Position numbers and translations under genes: made by a program. This document shows positions 25,433-34,408 of a DNA stretch of 64,000 bases, piece after piece (position 1 is the stretch's first letter; each line of letters starts with the position of its first letter). The stretch covers positions 1,724,511 through 1,788,510 of the forward strand of contig OZ245048.1 of the NCBI GenBank assembly GCA_965224435.1, in the 5' to 3' direction. The notes beneath the pieces were generated by a model. That model was not told the origin of the DNA, did not search any database, and was given only the letters and a program-made list of their open reading frames with translations. Origin of the DNA: Acidimicrobiales bacterium (GTDB lineage Bacteria > Actinomycetota > Acidimicrobiia > Acidimicrobiales > SZUA-35).

Positions 25433-26329
25433 ATGACGATGATGTCGGCATCGGTCATCATCCCCGCTCACAACGAAGAGGCCACTATTGAGGCTTGCCT
25501 TGACGCGGTCTTGGCCAGTGAATTGTCTTCTGGTGCTGTTACTGACCTAGACATTGTGGTTGTCGCCAATGGGTGTACCGACAAGACAGCCGTCATTGTC
25601 GAAGGCTACGCGGCTCCCGTGCGCTTGATCGACACGCCGGTTGGCTCCAAAGCCAATGCTCTCGAACTTGGTCGGGCCGCTACCCAGCCGGGCAATCGGA
25701 TCTACCTGGATGCTGACATCGTGGTGTCGCCTGACGCCATCGATTCTGTCCTGAAGTCGCTGAATAGCGACGGCATCGAAGGCTCAGCACCCCGGATTGA
25801 CCTGGCTCAACCGCAGTCGGCCAGCCTGCCGCTGCGCCAGTACGCCCGGATCTGGGAGCAGGCTCCCTACTTCGGCTCTGGACTCATTGGCTCCGGTTTC
25901 TATGGTCTGACCGAAGAAGCTCAGACCAGGATTGGTGGCTGGCCTAGCTTGATCGCTGATGATCTGGTGGCACTTTGCCACCTCAAGCCCCAAGAGCGGC
26001 AGACAGCTGCTGGCTGGTTCCGCCACACCTTGCCCAGCCGGCTACGAGATGTAGCCAAGGTGGAGGTTCGTCGCGAGGCTGGACGAATGGAGTTTGCTGC
26101 CTGGGCAGACGCTGAGGGCCGCTCGGTGGCCGAAGAAAGCCCGGGAGGGAACTGGCTCGGTGAGCTGGCCCGCAGCCCGAAGAACTGGCCAGGACTTGGA
26201 TTGTTTGTAGCGGTCAAGGTGGTGGCCAAGATCCGGGCCAAACGTGCTTTTGATGGCGGCAGCATTGCCTGGGGACAGGATCAGCATGGTCGTTCGCTGC
26301 GCGCCCGTGACGCAGCGTCGACTGAGTAG
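25433..26329 (+). CDS. GT2-family glycosyltransferase
   Basis: Contains 'SVIIPAHNEEATIEACLDAVL', 'IVVVANGCTDKTA' and 'YLDADIVV'. I chose ATG 25433 to avoid overlap with rfbF (the listed ORF starts at 25373). Confidence 0.8.
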   Translation: MTMMSASVIIPAHNEEATIEACLDAVLASELSSGAVTDLDIVVVANGCTDKTAVIVEGYAAPVRLIDTPVGSKANALELGRAATQPGNRIYLDADIVVSPDAIDSVLKSLNSDGIEGSAPRIDLAQPQSASLPLRQYARIWEQAPYFGSGLIGSGFYGLTEEAQTRIGGWPSLIADDLVALCHLKPQERQTAAGWFRHTLPSRLRDVAKVEVRREAGRMEFAAWADAEGRSVAEESPGGNWLGELARSPKNWPGLGLFVAVKVVAKIRAKRAFDGGSIAWGQDQHGRSLRARDAASTE

Positions 26330-26401
26330 ACAACTGACTGGCCGTCTGGAAAATCGGGTTGCCTGAGAATCTGGTCGGCTCGCGGTTTTCTTAATTTTCG
26401 G

Positions 26402-27697
26402 CTAGGAGGAGAACGTCGCTGTCTGCTCGCTCCGAAGCTGATCGCACAGTCGACCTTCCGGCAGGCTGACATCGGCGTAAGAAATGATCTGGTCCTTGGC
26501 GATGTCGCGAGTGAGGACACATCCTTCAGCCAGGCCCATTGGTAGCAGCTCCTGCTTCTGGCAGACATCAGAGTTCTCGGCTACTCCGTAGGTGTCGAAT
26601 CCACCGATGTAGTCCAGGGTTTGTCCGGCCTTGAGATCTTGCTTGGCCGCCGTGAGAACATCGACAACGGGTCCACCGATTGGCGCAATGGCTGCATCGC
26701 CGAAATGCACTGCCCGAGCCACGGTCAACGGTGCTTCAAAGTGGCAGATGTGGAAGGGGGTGTAGAAGACATAGAGGGGGCCGTCGCCCAGCTTGTAGTA
26801 CTGCAGATACTGGCGCTGGATCGGGTCATCCTGATGGGCGACGACGAAAACTCCACCAGGTGGCTTGGCCCCCAGCACATAGTCAACAATGCCGGGTCCA
26901 GCTGAGTCACCAAGATAGGGATCAAGGTCAAAGATGGTTTTAGCCTCGTCAACCTCCTCACAGCGGTAGCCGTACATGCCCCTCGTGCCGACACCGAAGC
27001 CGGTGGCGTTAGCAACGACGGCCATTTCCATTGAAATTTTGGAGCCGTCGGCGAAGGAGGTCACCATGCGCGGTTCCTGGTTGTGCATCTCGGCAAAGGC
27101 CTTCTGGGTTTCCGGAGTGCGGTAGGGATCTTGCAGGCCCTTCATATTGCCGGCCAGGACCGGCTTGAGACCGATGGACTGCACGTAGCGGAACAGGTTC
27201 ATGATCACGCCGGGCTGATCGCCGTCAGCATTGGTGTAGATCACACCCTGCTCATCGGCGTACTTCTTCAGAAGGGGGCCAACAGTCGCGTCAAGCTCGG
27301 CATTCATCAAGATGACGTGCTTGCCGTTCTTGATGGCCGACAGGACAACATGGGCGCCGAACTCGATCTCACCGGTTACTTCGATGATGGCGTCGATGCC
27401 GTCGGCTTGACACAACAGGAACGGATCATCGGTCACCGCGAACTGACGAGTTTTGATGCTGTCTTCGAGCTGGCCGACCGAGCTCACACGGTTGACCTCG
27501 TTGGCTCCGCCTTGGGCGTAGGCCGTCTCGGCCTTGGAGACGGTGCGGTTCGAGATGGCGGCGAGGTGCATGCCGGGTACCGAGGTCAAGATCTGCATGG
27601 CGATGCCGCGACCCATATAGCCAGCGCCGATGATGCCAACTGTGATTGGGTTGTTGTCTTGTTGACGTTGGGCCAGGGCACTATCGATAAGGATCAT
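26402..27697 (-). CDS. NAD(P)-binding oxidoreductase, homoserine-dehydrogenase-like with a C-terminal SAF-like domain (COG4091-like)
   Basis: Has a Rossmann motif 'ITVGIIGAGYMGRGIA'. At ~430 aa its architecture resembles COG4091 proteins. I prefer ATG 27697 (the listed ORF extends to 27787 and would overlap the upstream epimerase gene). Confidence 0.55.
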   Translation of the reverse strand: MILIDSALAQRQQDNNPITVGIIGAGYMGRGIAMQILTSVPGMHLAAISNRTVSKAETAYAQGGANEVNRVSSVGQLEDSIKTRQFAVTDDPFLLCQADGIDAIIEVTGEIEFGAHVVLSAIKNGKHVILMNAELDATVGPLLKKYADEQGVIYTNADGDQPGVIMNLFRYVQSIGLKPVLAGNMKGLQDPYRTPETQKAFAEMHNQEPRMVTSFADGSKISMEMAVVANATGFGVGTRGMYGYRCEEVDEAKTIFDLDPYLGDSAGPGIVDYVLGAKPPGGVFVVAHQDDPIQRQYLQYYKLGDGPLYVFYTPFHICHFEAPLTVARAVHFGDAAIAPIGGPVVDVLTAAKQDLKAGQTLDYIGGFDTYGVAENSDVCQKQELLPMGLAEGCVLTRDIAKDQIISYADVSLPEGRLCDQLRSEQTATFSS

Positions 27698-27705
27698 GAA
27701 TCTGC

Positions 27706-28254
27706 CTATTCCTGCTTGAAGTCTGGCTGAAAATCGGGCCAGTCCTGGTCCTTGTCGGAGATCAGATAGCCGCCAGTATCCGGCCACTCAATTCCAAAGG
27801 CTGGATCATTCCATCGACATCCTGCTTCATGACCTGGAGCATAGAAATCCGATACCTGATAGTGGACTTCAGCATTGTCTTCCAACGTGAGGTAGCCGTG
27901 GCCAAAGCCCTTTGGTACATAGAGTGAAAGATGGTTTTGCGCCGAGAGCTCGAGTCCGAACCAGTCAGTGAAGGTGGGGGAGTCTGGACGTAGATCGACA
28001 ATGGCATCGAAAACTGCGCCGCGGCTGCAGCGGACAACCTTGACTTCGGCATGAGGGGCAAGCTGCCGATGCATTCCACGAAGCGTGCCCTTCGTATTAT
28101 TGAAGGCGACGTTGGCTTGAGCCAGGTCGGTGTTGAGGCCATGCGCGGCTAGCTCGTTCTTGCACCAGGCTCGCCCAAAGAAGCCTCGATCATCTTCGAT
28201 TCGGTCAACGTCAAAGATATAGGCACCCTGTAGTGGAGTTTCGGTGATCTTCAT
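27706..28254 (-). CDS. RmlC-family sugar-nucleotide 3,5-epimerase (cupin)
   Basis: Contains 'GTLRGMHRQ...KVVRCSRGAVFDAIVDLRPDSPT...YVPKGFGHGY...WNDPAFGIEWP', including the His/Tyr catalytic context of dTDP-4-dehydrorhamnose 3,5-epimerases. Confidence 0.88.
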   Translation of the reverse strand: MKITETPLQGAYIFDVDRIEDDRGFFGRAWCKNELAAHGLNTDLAQANVAFNNTKGTLRGMHRQLAPHAEVKVVRCSRGAVFDAIVDLRPDSPTFTDWFGLELSAQNHLSLYVPKGFGHGYLTLEDNAEVHYQVSDFYAPGHEAGCRWNDPAFGIEWPDTGGYLISDKDQDWPDFQPDFKQE

Positions 28255-29360
28255 TGGGGACCGCCCATATTCTCAAACTCAGAGATCTGAGCCTCGCTCA
28301 GACTCTTCATGTTGGCACCTTCTTGGAACGACTTGTACCAGAGTGTTGTCCATCGCAGGGCTGTTGCCAGGTCAAGACGTGGGCTATACCCCAGCCGGTT
28401 GCCGGCCTTGGAGATGTCGAGTTTGAGATACTGGGCTTCATGGGGATGATCGCCTCCGTCCAGCTCCCAACGGGCCCCGGCTCCCCATTCCTTGGTGACA
28501 CGATCGACGATCCAGCCGACCGGCTTGGCATCATCTTCCTTGGGACCGAAGTTCCAGCCCTCAGCCACCTGGGCATCGTCCGATGCTGCAGCGGTCTCAC
28601 TGCTCTTCTTCCCTTGTTGGAAGAGTCGTTCGGCCAGAATCAGGTAACCGCAAAGCGGCTCGATGACGTGTTGCCATGGCCGGATGGAATTTGGGTTGCG
28701 AATGATGACGGGCTCGTTGTTCATCATGGCTCGCATGATGTCGGGGATGAGACGGTCTCCAGCCCAGTCACCACCCCCGATGACGTTGCCCGCTCGAGCG
28801 CTAGCCAGGGAGGTCGCTGAATCTGGTCCAAAGTAGGAGCGTCGATAGGCAGAGATCACAAGCTCGGAGCAGCCCTTGCTGCTGGAGTATGGATCGTGGC
28901 CACCCATGGCTTCGTTCTCACGGTATCCCCAATCCCACTCGCGGTTCTCGTAACACTTGTCGGTGGTGATGCAAACCACTGACTTTGCGCTGCCACTTCG
29001 ACGCACCGCTTCGAGAACGTTTGCCGTTCCCATCACGTTCGTTTCATACGTTTCGATTGGATTGTCATAGCTGTATCGAACAAGGGGCTGGGCGGCAAGG
29101 TGGAGCACAATGTCGGGCTCAGCCTCAGCGACGGCTGTCGTCACCCGCTCAAGGTCTCGGATATCGGCTTCGATGGAATGCATGCCTGACGCCACGTTGG
29201 CGGCCTCAAACAAGCTCGGGGTCGTGGGTGGGGCGAGCGAGTAACCTGTGACGTCAGCTCCCATGCCCTGCAGCCAGAGAGCGAGCCAGCTTCCCTTGAA
29301 ACCTGTATGCCCGGTCAGGAAGACTTTCTTGCCGGTCCAAAACTGCCGATTAGGGTTCAT
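28251..29360 (-). CDS. rfbG: CDP-glucose 4,6-dehydratase
   Basis: Contains 'FWTGKKVFLTGHTGFKGSWLALWL', 'TDKCYENREWDWGYRENE', 'YSSSKGCSELV', 'RAGNVIGGGDWAGDRLIPD' and 'IRPWQHV'. These closely follow my recollection of RfbG/DdhB. Confidence 0.92.
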   Translation of the reverse strand: MNPNRQFWTGKKVFLTGHTGFKGSWLALWLQGMGADVTGYSLAPPTTPSLFEAANVASGMHSIEADIRDLERVTTAVAEAEPDIVLHLAAQPLVRYSYDNPIETYETNVMGTANVLEAVRRSGSAKSVVCITTDKCYENREWDWGYRENEAMGGHDPYSSSKGCSELVISAYRRSYFGPDSATSLASARAGNVIGGGDWAGDRLIPDIMRAMMNNEPVIIRNPNSIRPWQHVIEPLCGYLILAERLFQQGKKSSETAAASDDAQVAEGWNFGPKEDDAKPVGWIVDRVTKEWGAGARWELDGGDHPHEAQYLKLDISKAGNRLGYSPRLDLATALRWTTLWYKSFQEGANMKSLSEAQISEFENMGGPQ

Positions 29361-29495
29361 TCTTCTTCCTCAAGTTGGAGATCTGAGATTCTAGGAGCTA
29401 GCGCTGTCCAGAAGGGGAATGACCGACTAACATCGATGGCCTGCCAGGCGATGGCTACAGACCGTGGGCAAGAATGTGGTGATTTACCCACCCTC

Positions 29496-29513
29496 TGTGA
29501 CAATCGTGTGACA
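29496..29513. promoter_or_regulatory. direct repeat TGTGACA-N4-TGTGACA in a divergent promoter region
   Basis: The 7-mers at 29496-29502 and 29507-29513 are spaced 11 bp apart. They lie between rfbG (start 29360, minus strand) and the phosphoglycosyl transferase gene (start 29566 or 29692). Confidence 0.2.
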
Positions 29514-29565
29514 GGCAAAGTCGGACCCTGTGCCGCGGGGCGCGGTGGTCTAGCTTTGGAAGCGG

Positions 29566-31248
29566 TTGCCGCGGGCGAAGAATGAAACGAGACCTGTCGT
29601 GGCGATTGTTGGTCTTGTTGGGCGGAGAAGAAGGAAAGCGGTGGGGTTGTTGAATTCGGGACGACGTAGTTGGGACATCATCCCTAGGTTGATGGACGCC
29701 ACAGTGCTGTTCGCCACTTGGGCCGGGGTATTTGTTGTTTCCAACATCACGGAAACATCGGTCCGTTCTACTGGGCATTCTTGGGTCCTAGTCGGCATGG
29801 CCGTCGTCTTCACCCTGGTCTTGTTCGGGCGAAGCAATCTGTATGAAACGAAACCAACGCTTCCCCGGACCGAGGAGATTTCTCGGGTTTCGATGTCGGT
29901 CGTTGGTGGCGTAGCTGGATGTGTTGTTGTTGATGCCTTCCTCGATTGGCGCATCGGTGCGTGGGAGCTGGTTTGGGGAGTTGGCATTGCCTCCTTCCTG
30001 CTCATGATCTTTCGCGGCTTGCTTCGAAACCTTGGTGATCTCATTCCCGGGCACCACGAGCCGTCTCGTATCCTGATCGTCGGAACAGGCGAAGAAGCTC
30101 GCGAGCTTGCCGACGTGATTCTGGATCATCAAGAAGCTCGGCTCCATCTTGTCGGGGTAGTCGGCCATCTGCCTGTCGCCCAAGAAAACGGGCTGGCCGA
30201 TATCTGGATTGGTCCAACTGATCGCCTCATTGAACTCATGCATATCCATCAGGCCACCGGAGCCCTAGTAACCCCGACAGGCTTCCGAGCCGCACAGTTC
30301 CGCCAGATCAGCACCGGGCTTCTCAAGGCTGGGTTCGATGTGCAGACCTCAACGGGGGTCAGCCGTCTTTGGGAGGGCCGATTTGAGGTTCGCAGCCTGG
30401 CGCATGAACCACTGGTCGTGATGGGAACTCGAAAACTTGGTACGGGTCAGATGACCCTGAAGCGAATTCTCGACGTGATTGGGGCCAGTGTGATCTTGCT
30501 GCTCGCTTCACCCGTCATGCTGGTCGCGGCTCTGGCCATCAAGCTGGAAGACCGTGGGCCAGTGTTCTTCCGTCAGCATCGTGCTGGGCGCAACGCCGAG
30601 CCGTTTGGCATGCTCAAGTTTCGCTCCATGGTGATCAATGCCGAGGATTTGAAGGCCGAGTTAGCCGAAGCCAATGAGCGAACTGGACCGTTGTTCAAGG
30701 TCAGTCACGATCCACGAATCACCAAGGTCGGGCGCATCATTCGGGAGCTTTCAATCGACGAGCTTCCCCAACTGATCAATGTGATTATTGGTGACATGAG
30801 CTTGGTCGGGCCGAGGCCAGCGTTGGACGAAGAAGAGCGCGCCTTTGACGACGAGCTGCGCAGCCGCTTCGACGTTCGCCCAGGAATAACCGGACTCTGG
30901 CAGGTCGAGGCTCGAAGCAATGCCAGCTTCGCCGCCTACCGTCGGCTTGATCTGCATTATGTCGAGAACTGGACTATTGGTCTGGACATCCGAATCCTCA
31001 TGGCAACAGTCGAACAGGTTGTGGTCACAGCTGCCATGATTCCGGCCCGGGCAATTCTGTCCCGGTTCTACCAGCAGAAGGACGTTTCGCTACCTGGCAC
31101 GGATGAGATCGCCGGTAGGGACGTGATCGACCTTCGTGACCGAGCAACCGCCAAGATGGCAGCGGAGGCCGACAGTGGCTCACCTTCGACGACCCCAAGT
31201 GACAATCCATCGGGCGACTCGCTGGTGAAGAAGTCAACCTCCTCCTGA
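29566..31248 (+). CDS. polyprenyl-phosphate sugar phosphotransferase, large WbaP/exopolysaccharide type
   Basis: Has N-terminal TM segments and a central Rossmann-like domain 'RILIVGTGEEAREL'. The C-terminal Bac_transf domain reads 'KRILDVIGASVILLLASPVMLVAALAIKLEDRGPVFFRQHRAGRN..FGMLKFRSM...DELPQLINVIIGDMSLVGPRP'. The start is uncertain (TTG 29566 or ATG 29692). Confidence 0.88.
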   Translation: MPRAKNETRPVVAIVGLVGRRRRKAVGLLNSGRRSWDIIPRLMDATVLFATWAGVFVVSNITETSVRSTGHSWVLVGMAVVFTLVLFGRSNLYETKPTLPRTEEISRVSMSVVGGVAGCVVVDAFLDWRIGAWELVWGVGIASFLLMIFRGLLRNLGDLIPGHHEPSRILIVGTGEEARELADVILDHQEARLHLVGVVGHLPVAQENGLADIWIGPTDRLIELMHIHQATGALVTPTGFRAAQFRQISTGLLKAGFDVQTSTGVSRLWEGRFEVRSLAHEPLVVMGTRKLGTGQMTLKRILDVIGASVILLLASPVMLVAALAIKLEDRGPVFFRQHRAGRNAEPFGMLKFRSMVINAEDLKAELAEANERTGPLFKVSHDPRITKVGRIIRELSIDELPQLINVIIGDMSLVGPRPALDEEERAFDDELRSRFDVRPGITGLWQVEARSNASFAAYRRLDLHYVENWTIGLDIRILMATVEQVVVTAAMIPARAILSRFYQQKDVSLPGTDEIAGRDVIDLRDRATAKMAAEADSGSPSTTPSDNPSGDSLVKKSTSS

Positions 31249-31258
31249 CTCCGGCTAG

Positions 31259-33301
31259 TCAGCCTCTTCTGGCCTGGGTGACGTCCTTGGCCACGAAATA
31301 CAGCCGCATGAACGATTGAAACGGCGCAGGCGTCGCGACCAGTGATCCGTGGCGCCATTGCCGAGGAATAATTGCGCGACCAAATACCTCGGCCGGAGAA
31401 TAGGGTCGGACTACCCGGCCGATTGAGTCTCCAGCATCGTCTCCCTCAAAGCGCAGACCGCTTAAAGCTACGGCCTCGGACTTGCTGGGTTTGGCCCAGA
31501 AGAGGGTCAGGATCTTGCGAGCCTCCTCATCCAGGTCCTGGGAGCAATCACACCAGTAATCCATGTCATGCCGGGATGGCAGAAACTTCGCCATATCAAT
31601 TGCACCGGACCAGAGGCGACGAAGGGAATCGGTATCGACGGGGGAGGAGGCATCTTCGAAGACTTCGCAAACAGAGTCATCTTTTGAGTGCTCATAGCCG
31701 AGCAGACGAGCCTTGCCCGACGCCAAGAAGGTCTCGAGGCATGAGACTGGTTCGCCGATCGGGTGGGGGCGCACCGAGTCATCGAAGGCGAAGCGACGAA
31801 TCTGGATGATCTTGTCGATCTCGGGCAAAACCTCGTCTCCTCCGAAGTGGAGATGGAGGGGTTCGTGGCCAGTGACTTCACGGATGATGGTGCCGGTAAA
31901 CATGGCATGTAGTCCCCGCCAGCCAACATCGATCAGGGCAATGGACTCTGACGGCAGTTTCCGCTGGCGAAGACTCTGCAAGATCAAGTTGAGAGGCTCG
32001 GCTGCCCGCTTCTCGATCAGGGCGTTTAGTGATCCGGACTGAAGGACATCGGCCCAGCTTTGGACTGCGTCACCCGTGCCGAGGGCCTGCTGAGGGTCAG
32101 TGTTTCGGAGTGGGTGAGTCTGGGGCAGGTCCTCCAACTGCAAGCGGCAACGGGCAAGGACTGAGCGGAAAGGGATATGGCCGGCCGAGTGAAGCAAGAA
32201 GGCCTCGGAATCACCGGTGCCGTGTCCGATCCATTTCTCGACGCCGACCAGGGGAGCCGCAGCCAGGGACCAGGCCCGTCGCCCGCAATGCAGGTAGTTG
32301 AGGGAGAAGTTCGACCAATGGTCATTGGGCATTGCCTGAGCGACTCGTAGGGGCAACTCGCCGTCCCGAGCAAGGAACTCCAGATGATTGATATTGCTGC
32401 TCTCACATTGTTGTCTCACCCAGAGAACGAAGGCAGTCATGACCTGGCCTGCTACCTGCGAGCCGCCGATGGCGATCGGATCGGGATCACCTCGCTCGAT
32501 TGAGGTCAACCGATGAGTTCTGGCGGCAGCAGCAATGACTGGTCCGGCCGAGGAAGCATTGTTGGCCATCACCGACTCATAGCGTGTTGGATTGGCGGAC
32601 ATGGCCGGAACCGGGGCTGCTCCCGATGCGGCGGCCTGGGTCACGTCGGACCATGGGTTGTTTCCAATAAAGGCAACACCACTATTGCCGAGGTGTTCGT
32701 CGCTAAATGCTAACTCGAAGAGTGTGCCGTCTGATTTCGAGGCATCGTGTTCGCAGGAGACGACGAGGCGGTCGCCGGATTCGATCAGCTCATGGTGCTG
32801 CAGGATGGCGCGGACTGCAGAACCGTCGTGGTGCATATCAGACACAAAGGTCAGCTGGCGACCCTGGCGCAACCGCACGAGCGCTGCCTGAGCACCAGGC
32901 ACTGGCCTCAGAAGCTCGGACTCTGCTTCCAGTTCGACTTCCAGCGCATCGTCTGCTGAGCTAAGGCCAACGGCCATCATGGCAGTTAGCCAGGCGTGTA
33001 GGTGGGCCGATGGGTCCTGTCGTGCGGCCTCGGCCCGTGCCTGCAAATACGACGCCAGAGTACCCCTCCATAGGCCAGCAGCAATGACGCGTCTGGCCAC
33101 CAGGGATTCCATCGCAGAATCACCAAGCACTGCTCTGCTCAGGACAGTGTCAAAGACGTCAATGCCGACCTCAGCGGGAGCGAGTCGTTCGATATCTTCG
33201 ATGATGCCTGTCCAACTAGCAGCGTCTCGATGCCGCCAAAGGAGCCGACGGTGTGACGCTGAGCGTTTCACTCGATCGATTGTGATCTGAGAACGATCCA
33301 C
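31259..33301 (-). CDS. hypothetical 680-aa protein with an N-terminal HAD-like hydrolase domain and a large uncharacterised C-terminal region
   Basis: HAD-like motifs occur in order: 'GIDVFDTVLSR' (motif I-like), 'LTFVSDM' (II), 'SKSDG' (III Lys) and 'FIGNNPWSD' (IV). The remaining ~430 aa have no motif I recognise. The architecture recalls COG5610-type predicted hydrolases. Confidence 0.4.
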   Translation of the reverse strand: MDRSQITIDRVKRSASHRRLLWRHRDAASWTGIIEDIERLAPAEVGIDVFDTVLSRAVLGDSAMESLVARRVIAAGLWRGTLASYLQARAEAARQDPSAHLHAWLTAMMAVGLSSADDALEVELEAESELLRPVPGAQAALVRLRQGRQLTFVSDMHHDGSAVRAILQHHELIESGDRLVVSCEHDASKSDGTLFELAFSDEHLGNSGVAFIGNNPWSDVTQAAASGAAPVPAMSANPTRYESVMANNASSAGPVIAAAARTHRLTSIERGDPDPIAIGGSQVAGQVMTAFVLWVRQQCESSNINHLEFLARDGELPLRVAQAMPNDHWSNFSLNYLHCGRRAWSLAAAPLVGVEKWIGHGTGDSEAFLLHSAGHIPFRSVLARCRLQLEDLPQTHPLRNTDPQQALGTGDAVQSWADVLQSGSLNALIEKRAAEPLNLILQSLRQRKLPSESIALIDVGWRGLHAMFTGTIIREVTGHEPLHLHFGGDEVLPEIDKIIQIRRFAFDDSVRPHPIGEPVSCLETFLASGKARLLGYEHSKDDSVCEVFEDASSPVDTDSLRRLWSGAIDMAKFLPSRHDMDYWCDCSQDLDEEARKILTLFWAKPSKSEAVALSGLRFEGDDAGDSIGRVVRPYSPAEVFGRAIIPRQWRHGSLVATPAPFQSFMRLYFVAKDVTQARRG

Positions 33302-33565
33302 GCACTCTCCGAATCAGGATCTGAAGGCCACCAGCAGGAGACTCAATATAGTGGCGCCCTGGGCAGATGTTGAACCGGGTGAATAATGACCAGCCGGCCA
33401 AGCACAACTCAGATGAAAGTACTTCTGAGAGTGTGATTGTTGTCGAGCGACACTTCTTTCCAGACATGCCATGAGCAAGCTCACCGGGGTCGGCTGGGTC
33501 GATCTAGAAACCTTGATAGGTAATTGTTCACCTTCTCTTTCCAAGCGCCAAATCGCGTGAGAATA

Positions 33566-34378
33566 ATGGCGGTATTCCGATCACCTGAACAAGGGGCGAG
33601 GACCGAGAATATGGCACAAGCGATGATTCAGAATACGGCTGGAGGCCAAAGTGGCGATCCAGAAGCGACCGCAGGTTCGCTAGCAATGATCGACCATGAG
33701 GTGAGGACCGCGGTCCTCGTCCCAGTCGGGGTTGCAAGCGCTGCTGAGTTGAACCAGCGTCGGGGCCCAGCGTCCCTGCTGTATCGCTCGGTTGGCAAAC
33801 GCCTGCTGGACCTGGCCGTGACCAGTACCGTGCTCGTTGTCGTCGCCCCAATCTTGGCCACCGTTTGGCTTGGCCTGCGCACGACTCTTGGTCCGCGAGT
33901 TGTACTTCGGCAAGATCGCGTCGGCAAGAATGGCGACACGTTCCGGTTGATCAAGTTCCGAACGATGCGCGGCTGTCGCCGAAACACCGAGGACTCATGT
34001 TCCTTCGTTGGTGCCGATCGGCGGCTGACCCACAAAAGCTGTGATGATCCCCGCCACACAAAGTTGGGCCGTGTGGTCCGCAAGTTCAGTCTGGATGAGC
34101 TGCCCCAGCTGATAAACATCCTGCGGGGTGACATGTCGTTGGTTGGTCCTCGACCCGAACTCGCTTCGGTAGCAACAACGGAGTTCCTCAACCATCCGCG
34201 ACACCGGGTTCGCCCAGGACTGACGGGCCCCTTTCAAGTATCTGACCTTCGCGGCTCCGGCGATCTGAATTCCGGCCTTCACCTGGACACGAGCTATGTC
34301 GAGAATCTGGGTTTGCGCGGTGACCTGCGTTACCTGGCCCAGACATCGGGTGCACTTCGGCAAGGCACCGGCAGCTAG
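33566..34378 (+). CDS. polyprenyl-phosphate sugar phosphotransferase, small (monotopic) type
   Basis: Contains 'KRLLDLAVTSTVLVVVAPILATVWLGLRTTLGPRVVLRQDRVGKNGDTFRLIKFRTM...DELPQLINILRGDMSLVGPRP'. The start is uncertain (33524, 33566 or 33611). Confidence 0.85.
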   Translation: MAVFRSPEQGARTENMAQAMIQNTAGGQSGDPEATAGSLAMIDHEVRTAVLVPVGVASAAELNQRRGPASLLYRSVGKRLLDLAVTSTVLVVVAPILATVWLGLRTTLGPRVVLRQDRVGKNGDTFRLIKFRTMRGCRRNTEDSCSFVGADRRLTHKSCDDPRHTKLGRVVRKFSLDELPQLINILRGDMSLVGPRPELASVATTEFLNHPRHRVRPGLTGPFQVSDLRGSGDLNSGLHLDTSYVENLGLRGDLRYLAQTSGALRQGTGS

Positions 34379-34408
34379 AAGCAAGGACTGATGCTGAAAG
34401 CCCGGGGC

